A DNA stretch of 41,767 nucleotides, taken from the NCBI GenBank assembly GCA_964201555.1, contig CAXNFL010000001.1, positions 1 through 41,767 of the forward strand, given 5' to 3'. The stretch comes from Kiritimatiellia bacterium. Its GTDB lineage: Bacteria > Verrucomicrobiota > Kiritimatiellia > CAIKKV01. Position 1 is the first letter of the stretch; every line of letters begins with the position of its first letter. Under the pieces are notes generated by a model. The model had not been told where the DNA came from, made no database searches, and worked only from the letters and a program-made list of their open reading frames with translations. This document shows positions 23,462-32,544 of this stretch, piece after piece. The translations under genes and the position numbers were made by a program.

Positions 23462-25987
23462 ATGCCTCTGAAACGCCTCCTCCTCAAGTCGTTCCTGACC
23501 ACGATGCTGCTCTGGCTGGTCTTCGCCTGGCCCCTGCCGCGCTACGCCGCCGAGGGCATCCCCTCCTCCGCGCACAACATCGAGCGCCACAGCGTGCGGC
23601 GCATGATCGTGGGCGATCACCTGCAGTTCCACTACTTCTACTGGCTCTTCAGCGACATGCTGGCCGGCGACACGCCGCTCTTCGAAAACCGCTATGAGTT
23701 CAACACGGGCAACGACGCCGAGCGCCGCAACCCCGGCGCCTACAACATGCCCCTCTCGCTCGTCTACGCCGCCGTCCGCCCGCTCACCACCCGCGCCTTC
23801 GCCTGGAACGCCGTCCTCTTCCTCTCGCTCTGGCTGACCCTGCTCTGGACCTTCCTGGCGCTGCGGGGCCTCCTCCAATCAGAGCGCCTCACGCTGCTCG
23901 CGGCCGCCGCCTCCATCGCCTTCCCCTTCCGCTGGGTCATGCTGCTGGGCGGCAGCCCCACCGGCCCCGCCATGATGTGGCTGGCCCTGCTCGCCTTCGG
24001 CCTGAGCCGCGCCTTCCGCGAGGACAAGCCCATCGGCGGCCTCTGGGCGGCCCTGGCCCTCTTCGGCGCCTACATCAACGACCGCCACGTCTTCTTCTTC
24101 GGCTTCCTGGCCGCGCCCTTCCTCGTCCTGCTCTTCCTGCTCCTGCGCGAAGAGATTCCCTGGCGCCGGCGCGCCTTCCGCTCGACCCTGCTTCTCGGCG
24201 CGGCTCCGCTCGCCGCCATGGCGCTGATCCTGGGCGCCCTGGCCGCCCACACGGCCCTTACCGGCTTCGCCAACACCTCCCTCGAGGGCGGCCGCTCCAT
24301 CGACGAGGTGCAGAAGTATGCCCCCTTCGCCTCCGGCCTCATCACCTGGGGCGGCCGCGGCCGCGACGCCCACATCTACCTGGGCTGGGGCTTTTTCCTC
24401 CTGGCCGGCCTGTTCCTGGCCGCGATCGCCGGGGGCTGGCGCAACCGCAACGGGCTCGAAAAACGCCGAGCGGCGGCCGGCCTCCTGGCCTGGCTCGCCT
24501 CGGGCGGCGTCATCCTGATGGCCATGGGCCCCAACGGTCCTTTCGACGGCGCCCTCTTCGATCTCTTCCGGGCGCATATCCCCGGCTCCAAGGCGCTGCG
24601 CCAGCCCGCCAAAATCTTCGCCCTCTTCACCCCCCTGCTGCCGCTCGCCATCGCCATCACCCTGGCCGAGCTGAAGCGCCGCGATTACCTCCGCACCGCC
24701 ACCCTGGCGGTGGTCCTGATGCTGGGCGACTTCGCCATGCAGATCCACCCGTCGATCTGCCTGCTCGACAGCTCCCAGCCCGCCTATGCGGCCGTGGCGG
24801 CCGATGCGGCCGCGGACGGCGGTCACCCAGCCCGGGCCGTCATCCTGCCACTCTGGCCCGGCGATTCCGACTGGGCCGCCGTCTACCAGCACTACGTCTC
24901 GCTCTATCACATCCGCATGCTCAACGGCTACCGCCCGGTCGTGCCCAACGCCTACCGAGACCTGGTGCGCCAATTCTCCTCGCTCAACGTCGGCCGGCTG
25001 AACGACGCCCAGGTCGATGCGCTCCGCGCCCGCGGCTTCCGCTACCTCCTTCTCCACGAAGACGCATTCCCCGAAAAAATAAGCCCGTTCCCGATCGTCT
25101 TCACCCGCAACCGGCTGCTGACCCATCCGCGGCTGGAACTGCTCAATCACACCGGCACGGTCTGGGCCTTCAAGATCCTGCCCGCCCCGCGCGCCTGGAT
25201 TCCCGTCGCCCGCCCCGGCCCGCTCGCCCCGGCCCGCCTCTGGGATTTTGAAAAGGTGCCGCGCACGAATGTCATCGAAAAGACCGACTCCAACGCCTGC
25301 AACGGCATCTACTCGGTAATCAGCGGCCTGGGCTCCGTCACCGGCCGCAGCTTCAAGGTCACCGGGATCTCCAAGCCCACCCTTAATCTTCGCCTGAGGG
25401 GGGAAGGCGAGCTGTGGATGGCGCCCGCCTCGAATGAGCCGCCCCGGCTGGCCGCCGCCGTTCACGCCAAGGACTGGACGTGGTTCCGGCTGCCGCTGGA
25501 CCCGGGCCGCGAGGCGGAGCTGCAGCCCGTCTTCACCGCCCGCGCGGGCGCCGTCGACGCGGACTTCGCGATGCTGACCTCGGATGACTGGACGCCGCCC
25601 CGGCCGGGAAATCCGGTGACCATTCCGGCGGAGTTCTTCTTCCACGCGGGCTGGTCCGATCCGGCCACGGGTGAAGTCCATTTGCGGCCGGATTACGAGC
25701 CGGCCGATTTCATCTTTTACGGCCCCCGCCTGCCCATGGGGCCGGGCACCCTCCGGATCGACCTGGACATCGCCAGCGAGGCCGAACCCGGCACGCCCCT
25801 GGGCCGTGTGGTCGTGGATAACATGGGCACCCGGTGGGGGCCTTTTAACGTCACGGCAGGCAAGCCGTTCCATTGCGTGGTGACGCCGGCAACCGACCGG
25901 CCGCTCTCCCTGAGATTCCAGTACCGGCGCCGGGCGCCGCTCACCCTCCGGTCAGCGACCTTCACCTGCCTGGAGCGGGCCGAGTGA
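23462..25987 (+). CDS. Large polytopic membrane protein with C-terminal soluble domain (possible GT-C-type glycosyltransferase)
   Basis: 841 aa. About 12 hydrophobic segments in the first ~480 aa (MPLKRLLLKSFLTTMLLWLVFAW..., DHLQFHYFYWLF), followed by a ~350-aa non-membrane region. The function is inferred only from this architecture. I chose the start at the second ATG because the preceding 41 codons are AT-richer and lack a hydrophobic N-terminus. Confidence 0.5.
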   Translation: MPLKRLLLKSFLTTMLLWLVFAWPLPRYAAEGIPSSAHNIERHSVRRMIVGDHLQFHYFYWLFSDMLAGDTPLFENRYEFNTGNDAERRNPGAYNMPLSLVYAAVRPLTTRAFAWNAVLFLSLWLTLLWTFLALRGLLQSERLTLLAAAASIAFPFRWVMLLGGSPTGPAMMWLALLAFGLSRAFREDKPIGGLWAALALFGAYINDRHVFFFGFLAAPFLVLLFLLLREEIPWRRRAFRSTLLLGAAPLAAMALILGALAAHTALTGFANTSLEGGRSIDEVQKYAPFASGLITWGGRGRDAHIYLGWGFFLLAGLFLAAIAGGWRNRNGLEKRRAAAGLLAWLASGGVILMAMGPNGPFDGALFDLFRAHIPGSKALRQPAKIFALFTPLLPLAIAITLAELKRRDYLRTATLAVVLMLGDFAMQIHPSICLLDSSQPAYAAVAADAAADGGHPARAVILPLWPGDSDWAAVYQHYVSLYHIRMLNGYRPVVPNAYRDLVRQFSSLNVGRLNDAQVDALRARGFRYLLLHEDAFPEKISPFPIVFTRNRLLTHPRLELLNHTGTVWAFKILPAPRAWIPVARPGPLAPARLWDFEKVPRTNVIEKTDSNACNGIYSVISGLGSVTGRSFKVTGISKPTLNLRLRGEGELWMAPASNEPPRLAAAVHAKDWTWFRLPLDPGREAELQPVFTARAGAVDADFAMLTSDDWTPPRPGNPVTIPAEFFFHAGWSDPATGEVHLRPDYEPADFIFYGPRLPMGPGTLRIDLDIASEAEPGTPLGRVVVDNMGTRWGPFNVTAGKPFHCVVTPATDRPLSLRFQYRRRAPLTLRSATFTCLERAE

Positions 25988-26719
25988 CCGGATCACGCGC
26001 GCCGGCACGCCGACGGCCAGGCTGTTGTCCGGAACGGGCTTGACCACCACGGCCCCCGCGCCGATGACGACATGCTCGCCGATGCAGGCCCCGTCCAGGA
26101 CGGTTACGCGGGCCCCGATCCAGCCGTTCGCCCCGATCGTCAGGGGGCCTTTCGTTTCCATGCCCGCCTGGTCCGCGAAGGGAACCGGCGAGGTGAAGTC
26201 GTATTCGCCGCCGCTTAAAAAATAGGAATAGGCGCCCACCACCGTGCCGGCGCCCACGGTCAGCTCGTTGGAGGAGAACACCTGGCAGTTGGAGCCCAGG
26301 TTCACGCGGTCGCCCAGCGTGATGTTGCCGCCCTTGCAGTAAACGATCGTGTTGCGGCCGATGAAGACGCGGCTCCCGATCGCGATGCCGCGATTGCCCG
26401 CGCCCTTGGCGTCGAGCACGCCGTTGTCGTCCACCACCACCCCGTCGCCCAGGCGGATCTTGGAGGGATGGCGGATGACGACGTGGCGGCCGAAGACGAC
26501 GCCCCGGCCGCAGGAGGCGAATAAAGAGGGGTAGAGAAGCTTGCGGCAGGCCAGGCCGGCCGCGCCGGCAAGCCCGCCGAACAGGCCGAAGACGACTTCG
26601 GCATACAGAACGCGGCCGGTTGCGAGCGGGCCATATTGCAGGTCCCGATACTTGCGCCAGGAGGAACGGCTCGGATCCTCCATCATGGCCCCGGCCTTGA
26701 CGGCGGCTTTGTCATTCAT
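25952..26719 (-). CDS. Left-handed beta-helix (hexapeptide-repeat) acyl/acetyltransferase, EPS-locus type
   Basis: Hexapeptide repeats IRLGDGVVVDDNGVLD, IAIGSRVFIGRNTIVY, ITLGDRVNLGSNCQVF, LTIGANGWIGARVTVL and ACIGEHVVIGAGAVVV. I set the start at ATG 26719 (residue 88 of the track ORF), supported by the adjacent promoter. Confidence 0.8.
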   Translation of the reverse strand: MNDKAAVKAGAMMEDPSRSSWRKYRDLQYGPLATGRVLYAEVVFGLFGGLAGAAGLACRKLLYPSLFASCGRGVVFGRHVVIRHPSKIRLGDGVVVDDNGVLDAKGAGNRGIAIGSRVFIGRNTIVYCKGGNITLGDRVNLGSNCQVFSSNELTVGAGTVVGAYSYFLSGGEYDFTSPVPFADQAGMETKGPLTIGANGWIGARVTVLDGACIGEHVVIGAGAVVVKPVPDNSLAVGVPARVIRSLGPLQAGEGR

Positions 26720-26726
26720 GGCGCAC

Positions 26727-26754
26727 AGCCTACCATGCCCCCGCGCCTTGTCAA
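26727..26754 (-). promoter_or_regulatory. Promoter TTGACA-16-TAGGCT, 7 nt from the acyltransferase ATG (leaderless candidate)
   Basis: Minus strand read base by base: TTGACA aggcgcgggggcatgg TAGGCT gtgcgcc ATG(26719). The -35 lies within the dyad CTTGTC-N5-GACAAG (26747..26763). Confidence 0.5.
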
Positions 26755-26951
26755 AGCGACAAGTAACGGCCCGGACCTGGAGACGGCGGTTCCCCGCCGT
26801 TCCGGCGAAATCAACCTGCGGATGAGTCAAACCCTCGATTTTACTTAGGAAAATGGCATTGCCCGCGGGACACCGACTGCTAGTATGAAAGCGGCGAGGA
26901 CGAGTGTCCCCGCGCAAACAGTGGAAGAAAACAGTCTGAAAGGTGTCTATC

Positions 26952-27605
26952 ATGAGAAAGCTGCTGATCGTAGCCATCACTCTGGCGTTATCCGGCCCCC
27001 TCTGGGCCGAGACCGCTTCCTCTACCCTGGACCTGGTCGCCCTGGGAACCTACACCTTCCCCAAGAATGACGATGTGTACGATCATGCCGCAGGCGCCGA
27101 GGTGCAAGCCCGCTTCTGGCTGACCGATGTGGTGGGCCTGGCGCTGGCCGGCGGCTGGTCGAGATGGGACGTGAACGATCAGAACGCGGTCGTCGGGGAC
27201 GGCAAGATCCTGACCGCTTCGGATATCAGTGGCGACATCGACACCGTTCCCGTGGGCGCCTCCGTGCTCTTGCGGGTAATGGACACCGAGCGCCTCACCC
27301 TCGTGCTCGAAGGCGGCGCGCGCTACGTCTTCACGGACGACTCCGGATCCGATGTCCGAATCATCGTCACCGAGCCGGGCCGGCCCACCGCCACCTCCAC
27401 CCATAGGCTCAAAATCGACGACGGCGTGGTGGCGGTCGCGGCGGCCCAGCTCGAACTGAAACTCACGCCCAACGTGTTCCTGCTGGCCGGCGGCGGCTAT
27501 CAGTGGGATCTCGACAAGGGTGACGTGAAGTTCCTGGACGAGAAGGTCTCGAACAACAAGTTCGAATCCGCCCTGGTCCAGGCCGGACTGGGCGTTTCCT
27601 TCTAA
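26952..27605 (+). CDS. Small outer-membrane beta-barrel protein (copy 1)
   Basis: Signal peptide MRKLLIVAITLALSGPLWA, alternating amphipathic strands and a C-terminal aromatic residue (GLGVSF). GAAAGG lies 8 nt upstream of ATG 26952. It is a paralogue of 27726..28379. Confidence 0.65.
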   Translation: MRKLLIVAITLALSGPLWAETASSTLDLVALGTYTFPKNDDVYDHAAGAEVQARFWLTDVVGLALAGGWSRWDVNDQNAVVGDGKILTASDISGDIDTVPVGASVLLRVMDTERLTLVLEGGARYVFTDDSGSDVRIIVTEPGRPTATSTHRLKIDDGVVAVAAAQLELKLTPNVFLLAGGGYQWDLDKGDVKFLDEKVSNNKFESALVQAGLGVSF

Positions 27606-27625
27606 TCGGATACGCGACAGGCTTT

Positions 27626-27669
27626 AAGACCGTCACCCCCGCTTGCCCGCTGGAGGTGGCGGTCTTTTT
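27626..27669 (+). terminator. Rho-independent terminator
   Basis: AAGACCGTCACC - 17-nt loop - GGTGGCGGTCTT followed by TTT (12-bp stem with one G-T pair). It begins 21 nt after the TAA stop. Confidence 0.6.
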
Positions 27670-27725
27670 CAATTGAACCGCCCGCTGACCGGGCCTATGA
27701 TTCCGCCATCCACCCAAGGAGCCTT

Positions 27726-28379
27726 ATGAAAACCCTCGCTCTCCTGTTGGCCGTTCTCCTCGCCTCCGTCTCCTCCACCCGGGCCGCCGATATCCGCGGA
27801 TTGACCCCTGAGCTGGTCGGACTCGGAACCTTGTATGTGCCGGCCGACGATGACACCTACGACCTCGGCGCCGGCATGGAGATCCAGGCGCGCTTCTGGA
27901 TCACCCCCTACCTCGGACTCGCCCTGGCCGCCGGCGGCGCCGACTATGCCATCGACGAGCAGGACATCCGGATCCGCGAGCAGAACCTGGCGGTCGACGC
28001 CAACCTCGACGGCGATGTGGGCCTTTCGCCCGTCGGCGTCTCGCTGCTCCTGCGCCCCCTCCGGACGCCGCGCGTCGCCCTGACGCTGGAAGGCGGCGTC
28101 CGTTATGTGTCCGTGGATTCGAACGCGGAAATCGAACTGGTGTCCCAGGAGCCCGGCCTGCGCACGTATGTCAAGGACACGGTGGATATCGAGGACGGCA
28201 TCGTGGCGGTGGCGGTGGCCACGCTTGAAGTGACGCTCGCCAACCAGGTCTCGCTGATCGGGGGCGCCGGCTATCAATTCGACCTGCAAAAGGGCGATGT
28301 GGAGTTCGTGGACCTGGACCTGGGCAAAAACGAACTGGAAGCGGTCCTCGTTCAAGCCGGCCTCCTGATCCGGTTCTAG
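27726..28379 (+). CDS. Small outer-membrane beta-barrel protein (copy 2)
   Basis: Signal peptide [20 protein letters not shown] and C-terminal LLIRF. AAGGAG lies upstream. It shares blocks with copy 1: [92 protein letters not shown]. Confidence 0.65.
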   Translation: MKTLALLLAVLLASVSSTRAADIRGLTPELVGLGTLYVPADDDTYDLGAGMEIQARFWITPYLGLALAAGGADYAIDEQDIRIREQNLAVDANLDGDVGLSPVGVSLLLRPLRTPRVALTLEGGVRYVSVDSNAEIELVSQEPGLRTYVKDTVDIEDGIVAVAVATLEVTLANQVSLIGGAGYQFDLQKGDVEFVDLDLGKNELEAVLVQAGLLIRF

Positions 28380-28503
28380 CCTCCCCGGGCCGTCTTTGCG
28401 CTTTCTAAATGCTTTTGCTCCCGATCTTGATTTTTGCTTTTCCCGCTTCCCGCTTATTATGGATGTCTGCTTGAACACAGCCCATCCAGAGCGGAGTTTT
28501 GCC

Positions 28504-29580
28504 ATGTCAAATCCCACCCTCAAAGTAGCCGTCACCGGGGCCGCCGGACAGATCGGCTATGCCCTCTTGTTCCGCATCGCCGCCGGCGATATGTTCGGAC
28601 CCAAAACACACGTTGAGCTGCATCTCCTTGAGCTCGAGCACGCCATGAACGCCCTGAAGGGCATCATGATGGAGCTGGAGGATTGCGCCTTCCCCCTGCT
28701 TCGCAAGGTGACCATTACCACGGACCCGGCCGTTGCCTTCGAGGGAATCGACTGGGCGCTCCTGGTCGGCAGCGTGCCTCGTAAGGCCGGAATGGAGCGG
28801 GGCGACCTCCTGCGCGTCAACGCCAACGTGTTCCTGGCCCAGGGCAAAGCGCTGGCCCGGCACGCCAAGAAGGAGTGCAAGGTGCTGGTGATCGGCAACC
28901 CCTGCAACACGAACGCGCTGATCGCCAAGGAGTGCGCCCGCGGCCTGGATCCGAAGAATTTTGTGGCCATGACCATGCTCGACCAGAATCGCGCCGCGGC
29001 TCAGCTGGCCCGGAAAGCCGGCGTGTCCGTTGAACTCGTGAAGAATGTGGCGATCTGGGGCAACCACTCCACCACCCAATTCCCCGATTTCCATCACGCG
29101 CGAATCAACGGCCGGCCCGCCGAAGAGGTGATCCGGGACGAGGCGTGGCTCCAGGGGGAGTTCCTCGAGACGATCCGGAAGCGCGGCGCCGAAATCATCC
29201 ACGCGCGGGGCTTCTCCTCGGCGGCTTCGGCGGCCAATGCCATCATCGACACCGTCCGCGCCCTGCGGAAGCCCACCCCCCCGGGCGAGTTCTTTTCCGC
29301 GGCCGTGGTCTCCGACGGCCATTACGGCGTGCCAAAAGGCATCGTCTTCAGCTTTCCGCTCACGTCCGACGGAACCTCCTGGAAGATCGTGGAGCATCTG
29401 GAGCACGGCGAGTTCGCCCGGCAGAAGCTTCGCGAAACGCTGGCCGAGCTCCTTGACGAAAAAGCCCAGGTCGACGCCCTCGTGGAAGCGGCCTTGGCCA
29501 GCCAGGAGCCGCGGGCGAACGCTGGAACGGAATCCGCGGGCGACTGGCTCTTCGGCTTCGCCAAAAAAGCCGCCCTGTAA
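28504..29580 (+). CDS. mdh: NAD-dependent malate dehydrogenase (LDH/MDH family, long type) with C-terminal extension
   Basis: Contains [20 protein letters not shown] (Rossmann), [30 protein letters not shown] and [13 protein letters not shown] set the start at ATG 28504, with GGAG 7 nt upstream. Confidence 0.9.
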   Translation: MSNPTLKVAVTGAAGQIGYALLFRIAAGDMFGPKTHVELHLLELEHAMNALKGIMMELEDCAFPLLRKVTITTDPAVAFEGIDWALLVGSVPRKAGMERGDLLRVNANVFLAQGKALARHAKKECKVLVIGNPCNTNALIAKECARGLDPKNFVAMTMLDQNRAAAQLARKAGVSVELVKNVAIWGNHSTTQFPDFHHARINGRPAEEVIRDEAWLQGEFLETIRKRGAEIIHARGFSSAASAANAIIDTVRALRKPTPPGEFFSAAVVSDGHYGVPKGIVFSFPLTSDGTSWKIVEHLEHGEFARQKLRETLAELLDEKAQVDALVEAALASQEPRANAGTESAGDWLFGFAKKAAL

Positions 29581-29608
29581 AGCCCGGGCCGACACCCCCC
29601 GCCTAACC

Positions 29609-30022
29609 CTATCCCGAAAAGCCCGAAAGAAATTCGTCGGGCCCGGAAATCCTCAGCATGGCATGCCTGAAATCCTTTTGATTCCGGGTGACCACCACCT
29701 CGGCGCCCGCCAGCCGCCCGGCTTGCTCAAGAACGGCATCTTCGAAGTCCGCAATCCTGCTCTTCAGCGCTTCCTCCAGAACGGAGCGGTTGACAGGCGC
29801 CACCTCGAACAGCCCCAGGATCTTCCTCAGGGCTTGACGCGCCTCGGAACGGGACATGGCTTGTGTGAGCAGGTAGTCCACGGTCGTGAGGGTAGTCGCG
29901 CATAACAGTCCCTCGATTTTCGACTGCTCGGCCAATCCGAACAGCTCGGCGGCCGGACCGACGAACGGATGCCGGGCAAGCAACACGTCGAGAACGATGT
30001 TGGTATCCAGCAGGACCCTCAC
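29609..30022 (-). CDS. vapC: PIN-domain toxin (VapC-like)
   Basis: Begins with RVLLDTNIVLDVLL and has conserved acidic positions (ADFEDAV). The GTG start overlaps the antitoxin TGA (GTGA). Confidence 0.8.
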   Translation of the reverse strand: MRVLLDTNIVLDVLLARHPFVGPAAELFGLAEQSKIEGLLCATTLTTVDYLLTQAMSRSEARQALRKILGLFEVAPVNRSVLEEALKSRIADFEDAVLEQAGRLAGAEVVVTRNQKDFRHAMLRISGPDEFLSGFSG

Positions 30023-30261
30023 GAATGCTTCTCCCTCAAATGCTTTCGATAGTCCGCCTCGGAGATGCCTCGCCCCTTCAAGAGGCCCACCAATGACGCC
30101 GTAATCGGCGGGATCACGGCGCCGGCGGACGGCCGCCGCGGAGTCAGGCCGGCGAAAAAGTCGCTCACCATCTGCGAAACGGATTTGCCCCGCCGGGCCG
30201 CCTCCGCCTTGGCCATCCGAATCCGATCCGCCTTCATGCGCAAGGTCAGTTTTGTTTGCAT
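30019..30261 (-). CDS. Antitoxin (DUF6364-like / RHH-type)
   Basis: MQTKLTLRMKADRIRMAKAEAARRGKSVSQMVSDFF has a beta-strand plus helix pattern. The DUF6364 resemblance (TKLTLRL...) is from memory. I chose ATG 30261 because the promoter -10 lies 7 nt upstream. Confidence 0.6.
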   Translation of the reverse strand: MQTKLTLRMKADRIRMAKAEAARRGKSVSQMVSDFFAGLTPRRPSAGAVIPPITASLVGLLKGRGISEADYRKHLREKHS

Positions 30262-30268
30262 GACGTAC

Positions 30269-30297
30269 ATTCTATTTGACTTTATACGTCTTGTCAA
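30269..30297 (-). promoter_or_regulatory. Consensus-like promoter TTGACA-17-TAGAAT, 7 nt from the antitoxin ATG (leaderless candidate)
   Basis: Minus strand: TTGACA agacgtataaagtcaaa TAGAAT gtacgtc ATG(30261). Confidence 0.55.
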
Positions 30298-30677
30298 ACC
30301 CGCCGCGCGAAGGGCTTCGCGTCGCCAGGTTGGCGCTTCATCAATTGCGCCAACTGTAAAAATCCGCTACTCCTGTTGCTGCCCTTTCGGCATGCAACTG
30401 TTCTCGGGCTGGGCTTGTCGGAAGCCGCCTCGCGCGCCGCCCGAGTGAGCGACAGCGAACAGGGCGCGCGATGGCTTGGTTGTTGCAGCGTTTCGATCAG
30501 CGGAAACGGGCGAGGCGATTTTGAGCCTCAGCCGGCTGACGGCGAGGGGGCGTGGGCTGGTGCCCCGACCCCTCCAGCCGGAAGCCGGATCAGGCCAAAA
30601 GCGCCCGTCCGTTAACGCCGAAACGCTGCAACAAGAACACGCAACCCGCCACCCGCCTCAGAACCGCCTTTTGCCAA

Positions 30678-32543
30678 TCACCGGCGCAAAAACCGGGCAT
30701 CCCAGATGGCGACATTCATAAGCGCCCACAGCACGTGGTTGTGGTTGTGCTTCATGGACAGATGCTCGGCGATCAGGCGGTCCACCTCCGCCTCGCGCAG
30801 GTTCCGCTTCAGCACCGGCGACTCATGGAGCAGCTGAATCATCCAGTCCTTGAACCCCGTGCGCAGCAGGTTCTTCACCGGCAGGCTATACCCCTGCTTC
30901 CCCCGCTCCACGATGCTCTCGGGCAGCATCCCCTTGAGCGCCGCCCGGAACAGGTGCTTGGTCCGGAACCCCTTCAGCTTCCACTCGCCGGGCAGCGACG
31001 CCAGAAACTCCACCAGCACGTGGTCCAGCAGCGGCACGCGGACCTCCAGCGAGCTGGCCATGCTCATCTTGTCCACCTTCATGAGCACGCTGTCCGTCAT
31101 CATGAAGCGCGTGTCGATGTACAGCTCGCGGTTGACCGGGTCCCGGGCGTCGCACCGGGCCGCGTACTCGGCCAGCTGGCGGAACGGCGAGGGGTTGATC
31201 CGCCCCAGGAACTCCGGCGCAAAAAGGCGGCGGTCCTGCTCCGTCCCGCCGAAAAACTGCCAGCGCAGATGGCCGCCCGAATCCGCCAGCCGCGCGCCCT
31301 GCAGGAAGCGCTTCAGCATGTTGACGGCGCCCTTCTTCTGGGGCCGGTCCGGCAGCGCCGCCACCAGCGCGTCAATCATCGCGTGCCTCACCGGGCGCGG
31401 CACGCCCCGGAAATAGCGGTTCAGCCGGCTGGCCTTGAACCGGTCGTAGCCGGCGAAAATTTCATCCCCGCCCTCGCCGCTCAGGCACACCGTCACATCG
31501 CGCCGGGCCTGCTGGCAAACCCGCATCAGCGGCACGCAGGACAAATCGGTCATCGGCTCGTCGAGGTGCCAGAGCGACTTCTCCACATCCGCCGGCGTCA
31601 GGTCGTCCACCATCAGCACCTGGTGGTCGGTGCCGAAGTAATCCGCCACCACCTTGGCGTGTTCCAGCTCGCTGAACGACTTGTCGGCATACCCGATGGT
31701 AAACGTCCGCAGCGGGCCGGAAATGTGCCGGCGCATCATGGCCACCAGCGCGCTCGAGTCGAGCCCGCCCGAGAGGAAGACGCCGAGCGGCACATCGCTC
31801 ATCAGGTGGCTCGCCGTCACCTCGTCGAGCAGCCCCCGCAGCCTCTCCACCGCCTCGTCGAAGGTGATGCCGGCCACGGGCTTGAACGACAGGTCCCACC
31901 ACGGCTCGATGCGAAGGTCGCCGTTTTCCAGCACGATTCGATGGCCGGCCGGCAGCTTGAAGATCCCCTCGAACATCGTCGCCGGCGCCGGGGTGAACTC
32001 GAATCCGATGTAGTCGTAAAGCGCCTGCGCATCCAGCTCGCGCGGCACGGAGGGATCCTCCAGGATCGCCTTGATCTCCGAGGCGAACCGGAGCCGCCCG
32101 TTGTGCCAGTGGTAATACAGCGGCTTGATGCCGATCCGGTCGCGCGCCAGGAACAGGCGCTTCCAGGCCGAATCCCAGATCGCAAAGGCGAACATGCCGC
32201 GCAGGTGGTGCACCACGTCCACGCCCCAGGTCTCATACCCGTGCACGATCACCTCGGAGTCGGCGTTGCCGGAAAAAACGTGCCCCGCAGCCTCCAGCTC
32301 CCGGCGCAGCTCCCTGAAGTTGTAGATCTCGCCGTTGAACACCAGCCACACCGTTCCGGACTCGTTGCCCATGGGCTGGTGGCCGTGGGCCGTGAGGTCG
32401 ATGATGCTCAGCCGCCGGAAGGCCAGGGTCGCGCCGTCCTCCGCATGCAGGCCTTCGTCATCCGGGCCGCGGTGGCGGATGGCGTTCGCCATCCGGGTTC
32501 CCAGCGCCGGATCATGCCAGTTGAATCCGCAGATGCCGCACAT
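30678..32543 (-). CDS. asnB: Asparagine synthase (glutamine-hydrolysing) family amidotransferase
   Basis: MCGICGF (N-terminal nucleophile Cys2), a GATase-II domain, and the synthetase PP-loop VFLSGGLDSS. Confidence 0.9.
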   Translation of the reverse strand: MCGICGFNWHDPALGTRMANAIRHRGPDDEGLHAEDGATLAFRRLSIIDLTAHGHQPMGNESGTVWLVFNGEIYNFRELRRELEAAGHVFSGNADSEVIVHGYETWGVDVVHHLRGMFAFAIWDSAWKRLFLARDRIGIKPLYYHWHNGRLRFASEIKAILEDPSVPRELDAQALYDYIGFEFTPAPATMFEGIFKLPAGHRIVLENGDLRIEPWWDLSFKPVAGITFDEAVERLRGLLDEVTASHLMSDVPLGVFLSGGLDSSALVAMMRRHISGPLRTFTIGYADKSFSELEHAKVVADYFGTDHQVLMVDDLTPADVEKSLWHLDEPMTDLSCVPLMRVCQQARRDVTVCLSGEGGDEIFAGYDRFKASRLNRYFRGVPRPVRHAMIDALVAALPDRPQKKGAVNMLKRFLQGARLADSGGHLRWQFFGGTEQDRRLFAPEFLGRINPSPFRQLAEYAARCDARDPVNRELYIDTRFMMTDSVLMKVDKMSMASSLEVRVPLLDHVLVEFLASLPGEWKLKGFRTKHLFRAALKGMLPESIVERGKQGYSLPVKNLLRTGFKDWMIQLLHESPVLKRNLREAEVDRLIAEHLSMKHNHNHVLWALMNVAIWDARFLRR

Positions 32544-32544
32544 G

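Noticed and set aside
23879-25873. 664-aa minus-strand ORF, plus the 424-aa plus-strand ORF 23977..25251
   Set aside because: These are a shadow ORF and an alternative-frame ORF of the polytopic membrane-protein gene. Both are low-complexity Gly/Arg/Pro sequences, whereas the chosen frame gives coherent TM segments.
26767-26920. Hairpin ACGGCGG-TTCC-CCGCCGT (about 26783..26800) and the long-range stem CGCGGGACAC...GTGTCCCCGCG (about 26864..26913) upstream of the first OMP gene, considered as a riboswitch or leader
   Set aside because: A plausible -10 box (TAGTAT, 26881..26886) lies inside the long-range stem, so much of the structure would not be transcribed. There is no match to any riboswitch consensus I know. 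I left it as unexplained dyad symmetry.
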